Shown here: one piece after another, positions 22,459 through 26,654 of the stretch
How positions within the stretch are numbered: the stretch's first letter is position 1
Layout: each line of letters begins with the position of its first letter
From: Chiloscyllium plagiosum
Taxonomy: Eukaryota
Assembly (NCBI RefSeq): GCF_004010195.1
Contig: NC_057719.1
Coordinates: 16,173,744 to 16,200,397, forward strand
Length of the DNA: 26,654 nucleotides
Reading direction: 5' to 3'
Made by a program: the position numbers and the translations under genes
The notes under the pieces: model-generated
Seen by the model: only the letters and a program-made list of their open reading frames with translations
What the model was told of the DNA's origin: nothing
Database searches by the model: none

Positions 22459-22709
22459 CTGGAATACAGAAATAGGAAAAAGGCGTTCAATGATGAGTCC
22501 CTCACTGACTTCTCCCCTACCTTCTGAGTCCTGCAGGATCCTCCATCAGAAAGCAGACCCAAAACACCAGAGGTAATTAACAATATAACTTTATGTCCTA
22601 TCTGGGTCAGAAACAGAGATTTTGGATATTGAAGGGAATTGAGCAATCAGTTATTGCTGTCCTCACAACTATTGCCTTAAGCAATAGTGGGGGTCTTTCT
22701 TCACAACAG

Positions 22710-22795
22710 AAGCAATTAGCCCCATCCAAGATTCATATCATTTGCAAAGTGATCGCTGGTGCCAACAGTTTATGGATATGCATGCAGTTGAGATG
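22710..22795 (+). other. Candidate 86-nt internal exon of an unidentified plus-strand transcript
   Basis: Acceptor gtctttcttcacaacag and donor ATG|GTAAGA; two frames open. Confidence 0.3.
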
Positions 22796-22799
22796 GTAA

Positions 22800-22935
22800 G
22801 ACAAAGGTTCACTAGATTTTGAACTGGAATTAGAAGGTTGATTTAAGTGGCTGAGTAAATTAGAGCTACATTCTTCAGAGTTTAGAAGAATGAGAGGTGA
22901 TTTTATTAAAACGTTCAAGATTATGACAGGGTTTT
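22800..22935 (+). mobile_element. CR1 ORF2 C-terminal fragment, probably continuing at ~23655-23810
   Basis: QRFTR..LSKLELHSSEFRRMRGDFIKTFKIMTG. Confidence 0.7.
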
Positions 22936-22937
22936 AA

Positions 22938-23112
22938 GGACTCTTGTGTTGCAGTGGCAAAATCCCTGCTTTTGGGTCAGAAAGTTCAAGTTCAAGTCCA
23001 GGAGCTTGAATTGTGCAGTGATAGTGTCCTTTCCTCTGGGCCAGTAGGTTTGGCTTCAAATCCCACAGAAGTGTGTTACAACTTGTTTGAACAGGATGAT
23101 TAAAAAAGTAAA
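22938..23112 (+). mobile_element. tRNA-derived SINE with two tandem head units
   Basis: tgttgcagtggc...agttcaagtcc then tgtgcagtgatag...gcttcaaatccc, followed by a short body and A-rich tail. Confidence 0.6.
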
Positions 23113-23130
23113 AATTGAAAGACAATGTTC

Positions 23131-23416
23131 TAGAGTCATAGAGATGTACAGCACGGAAACAGACCCTTCGGTCCAACTTGTCTTTGCTGACCAGATATCC
23201 TAACCTAATCTAGTCCCATTTGCCAGTACCCGGCCCATATCCCTCGAAACCCTTCCTATTCATATACCCATCCAGATGCATTTTAAATGCTCTAATTGTA
23301 CCAGCCCACCACTTCCTCTGGCAGGTTATTTCATACATGCACCACCCTCTGTGTAAAAACGATGCTCCTTAGGTCCTGCTTAAATTTTTCCCCTTTCACC
23401 CTAAACCTATGCCCTC
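23131..23416 (-). mobile_element. CR1 3' fragment
   Basis: tagagtcatagag tail and gaaacagacccttcggtccaac; homologous to 14090-14405. Confidence 0.88.
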
Positions 23417-23439
23417 AAGCTCCCCCACCGCAGTGAACT

Positions 23440-23810
23440 CATAGGCTGCTTGTGTTGTTATCTTTTTTTCAAGAAGGAGTTAGATCCAGTTCGAAGAGCT
23501 AAAGGGATCACAGGGTATGGGGAGAAGTTGTGGACAATGTAGAGTTGGATGTTCAGTCATGATCACATCGAAAGGTGGAGAAGGTTCGAAGGGCCAAATG
23601 GCCTACTCCTACCAGGATTTTCAATATTTCTGTGGCTTCACAGTTTAAATACTGACAGGTTGTTTTGCCTGGCTGGGAAACCTAGAACAAAGGAACACAG
23701 TATCAGGATAAGAACGATAATTTAAACTGAGACAAGGGGAAACTTCTTCTCTCACCAAGGAATGTGAATTTTTGAAATACTCTGTCATGGTATATTCTGG
23801 ATACTCTATC
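23440..23810 (+). mobile_element. Two adjacent decayed CR1 3' fragments (~23440-23630 and ~23655-23810)
   Basis: ttcaagaaggagttagat...gaagggccaaatggcctactccta; then ctagaacaaaggaacacag...aactgagacaaggggaaacttcttctc. Confidence 0.65.
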
Positions 23811-23933
23811 GTTGCCTGTCTCCCTCAACCTTAAACATAGTCAATGTAGCTTGCCCCATGCAGTAATGATACGTTTCACACAGTCAGGAATAAGAGATCA
23901 CAGTCAGGTATGAGACACAGTCCAAGTGAGGTT

Positions 23934-25888
23934 TTGTATGGGGAATTGGAGGCAGAGTAGGAGTTTGGTGCAGAGGGGAAAGGGTTGTTTTTTTGCGCTC
24001 ATAGTTTGTAAGGTTTATTTTAAGCAAGATAAATTTCAGCCCAGGATCTCAGGCCCAGCATAAAAGAGGGACATCACTGTTAAAATTTATTTGTTGGTGT
24101 TTTAAAAACAAAATTAAGAACTAAACAATTAAAAGAAAGATGCCAGGCCAGGCAAAGTGTTGTAACTGCATCATATGGGACCTCATTGTGGTTCATAGTG
24201 ACCACATCTGTAGCAAGTGTTGGTTGCTTGAGGAACTCCAGCTCAGAGCTGATGAGCTGGAGTCTGTGCTTAAAACACTGTGACACATCAGGGAGAGGGA
24301 GAGTTACCTGGACGCTATGTTTCAGGAGGCAGTCACACTCCATCGATTAATTACCTCAAATTCAATCTGTGATCAGGGACAGGAGGGTGTTGACTGACAG
24401 TGAGGCAGGTCACGGTATCAGAAGATAGTGCCAAAGGAACCTCAGCCCTTGAACTTGTCTAACAGGTTTGAGATTTTTGCTTCCTATGCAGCTAACAGTG
24501 GGGGGAGGGGGGGTGGTAGAAGAAGGATGAGCAAACTGACCATAGCACCATGGTACAGAAAGCCTTTCAAGAGGGGGAGAAAAGAATAGATGTAGTCAAA
24601 ATCAAGGATAATATAGTCAGGGGAATAGACTGTGTGCCCGGGTGCCCAGGATATCTTATCTGGGCTGCAGAGAAACTTGGAATGGGAGAGGAAAGATCCA
24701 GTTGCCATGGTCCACAGAGGTACCAACAGTATGGGTAAAAAGAAGAAAGCGGTTCTGCTGAGTGAATATGAGCAGCTAAGTGTTAAATTAAAACACAGAA
24801 CCAAAAAGATGATAATAATGTCCAGATTACTACCTGAGCCATGAGAAAACTTGGCACCAAAGTCAACAAGATTGGCTGAAAGATTGGTGTCGGAGAAATG
24901 GGTTTGAATTCACATGACATTAGCACCAATACCAGGGAAGGAGGAAGCTGTTCTAATGGGATGGGCCTCACCTGAATCATGCTGGGACCAGTGTCTTGGT
25001 GAATCACGTTACTGGGGCTATGGATGGGACTTCAAACTAAATAGTGGGACAGTGGGATGGGGGGGGGGCGGGGTGAGCGGTGTTGGGGGGCATGGAAACG
25101 GGGGGGGGGTGAGCGGTGTTTGGTGGCATGGAAAATGTCAAATGGACTGTGGAGAGTTCAGCAGAGGTTATTAAAGTTTTCAGAACAAGTAATAGGACAG
25201 AGAAAGGAAAGAGTCAGAGAACTAAGTTCAGGCACAGCAGTTAAGGGGGCAACTATGAGAAGGGGGGCAGTCAAATGTTGGACTATGGGTGGTTGTACTA
25301 AAATGCACGCAGTATAGAAAATAAGGTATACAAGCAGGTAGTGCAGATTTAAATTGGCAGATAAAAAGTTATGGATATCAGAGAGACATGGCTGCAAGGG
25401 GATCAGGGCTGGGAGCTAAATATCCAAGGTTAAACATCCTGTTAAAAGGTCCGTTATATGGGCAGAGGGGGTGGGGGTTGCCTTGTTAGCAAGAATTGAA
25501 ATTAAATTGAGAGCAAGAGTTGGAAAGCATAAACCCTGTTTGGGTAGAATTGAGGGACTGCAAAGGAAAAAAGACCCTAATAGGAGAGCAAGAATTGAAA
25601 TTAAATTGAGAGCAAGAGTTGGAAAGCATAAACCCTGTTTGGGTAGAATTGAGGGACTGCAAAGGAAAAAAGACCCTAATGGGAGAGCAAGAATTGAAAT
25701 TAAATTGAGAGCAAGAGTTGGAAAGCATAAACCCTGTTTGGGTAGAATTGAGAGACTGCAAAGGAAAAAAGACCCTCATGGGAGAGATGTACAGGGCTCC
25801 TCACAGTAAACAGGAGGTGGGCAAGAAAATACACCAGGAGATAGAAAAGGCATGTAAGAAAGGCACTATTACAATAATCATGGAGGGT
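23934..25888 (+). mobile_element. Decayed 5' half of a CR1 LINE: 5' UTR, ORF1 (zinc finger/coiled coil plus SGNH esterase-like) and start of ORF2 APE
   Basis: From 24140 MPGQAKCCNC..HICSKCWLLEELQLRADELES; LSNRFE; DNIVRGID..CVPG..HRGTN; then NARS, ETWLQGDQGWELNIQG, WVELRDCKGKKTLMGEMYRAP. Breaks off at IIMEG. Many stops and frameshifts. Confidence 0.88.
25488..25786. repeat. 99-bp x 3 tandem repeat inside the LINE endonuclease region
   Basis: Units start at 25488, 25587 and 25686; only three variable positions seen across the three units. Confidence 0.97.
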
Positions 25889-25919
25889 GTCAGGAATGAG
25901 ACACAGTCCAAGTGAGGTT

Positions 25920-26654
25920 CAGTGCTACAGCGGGCGCACAGAGAGGGGAGCCGGAAGGTAAGCGGAAACCAGTTTAAATTAACGTTTTTCTTTTCGCAGT
26001 CTGTGTTTTTTTTCCAACTAGGAGCGGGAACCCGGAAGTCGTCAACAGAGGCTTCTGGGAAGGTAAGAAGTTTGAGTGGAGAAGGAACCCGAGACACTAC
26101 ATGTGTAGTGTCTCCCACCCTCCCCCCTCCTCTAACCTAAAACAAAAGGACTCAGTCGGCTGAACAGGTAAGCTACTTAGTGTTCTTGTTTTGGAGACTA
26201 AGTGTTGAGTAATGGCAGCACAGGCAGTGGAATGTTCCTCCTGCAGGATGTTTGAGGTAGGGGTGACCACCAATGCTCCTGCCGACTTCACCTGCAGGAA
26301 GTGCAGCCAGCTCCAGCTCCTCACAGACGCATTAGGGAACTGGAGCTGGAGTTGGATGAACTGAGGATTATTCGAGAGGCTGAGAGGGTGATAGATAGAA
26401 GCTACAGGGACATAGTTATGCCAGAGAACAGAGGTAGCTGGGTAACAGTTAGAAGTGGGAAGGGGAGGAAGCAGGCAGTGCAGGGATCCCCTGTGGTCAT
26501 TCCCCTCAACAATAAGTATACCGCTTTGGATACTGTTGGGGGGGACGGCCGAGCAGGGGTAAGCTGCAGTGACCGGGTCTCTGGCACGAAGTCCGGCTCT
26601 GAGGCCCAGAAGGGAAAGGGGGAGAGGAGGAGAGCGCTAGTTATAGGAGACTCT
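25920..26654 (+). mobile_element. 5' end of a younger CR1 LINE (5' UTR and ORF1 start), running off the window
   Basis: CpG-containing UTR. ATG at 26212 gives MAAQAVECSSCRMFEV..FTCRKCSQLQLLTD, a one-base frameshift near 26329, then IRELELELDELRIIRE..IPLNNKYTALD..ALVIGDS (esterase GDS motif). Confidence 0.92.

Noticed and set aside
25488..25786. Regular repeats as a possible CRISPR array
   Set aside because: Head-to-tail units with no unique spacers, derived from LINE sequence in a eukaryotic context.

Overview
Repeat-dominated vertebrate genomic DNA, intronic or intergenic. The repeat families suggest an elasmobranch (shark): HE1-type V-SINEs, Deu-type SINEs, many CR1-clade LINEs, L2, Rex1/Babar, Penelope-derived fragments and solo LTRs. 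Taxon and family names come from my recognition of motifs, not from a database search. I can identify no intact host gene. Most longer ORFs in the track are LINE fragments, their antisense shadows, or fall inside SINEs or LTRs. Points of interest: (1) four Penelope-type insertions whose 5' boundary or inversion point lies at a minimal hammerhead-ribozyme core, two of them fold-backs with clear target-site duplications (TSDs); (2) a four-level nest at 8.56-12.29 kb (L2 > LTR > LTR > CR1); (3) two CR1 5' ends that each start right after the same 31-bp sequence; (4) a CR1 5' UTR with three splice donors exactly 105 nt apart; (5) a young 99-bp triplication inside a decayed LINE; (6) an old local duplication of a SINE plus its flank; (7) a few small exon candidates. 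I see no convincing wholly new biological system. These are mostly unusual arrangements of known element classes.
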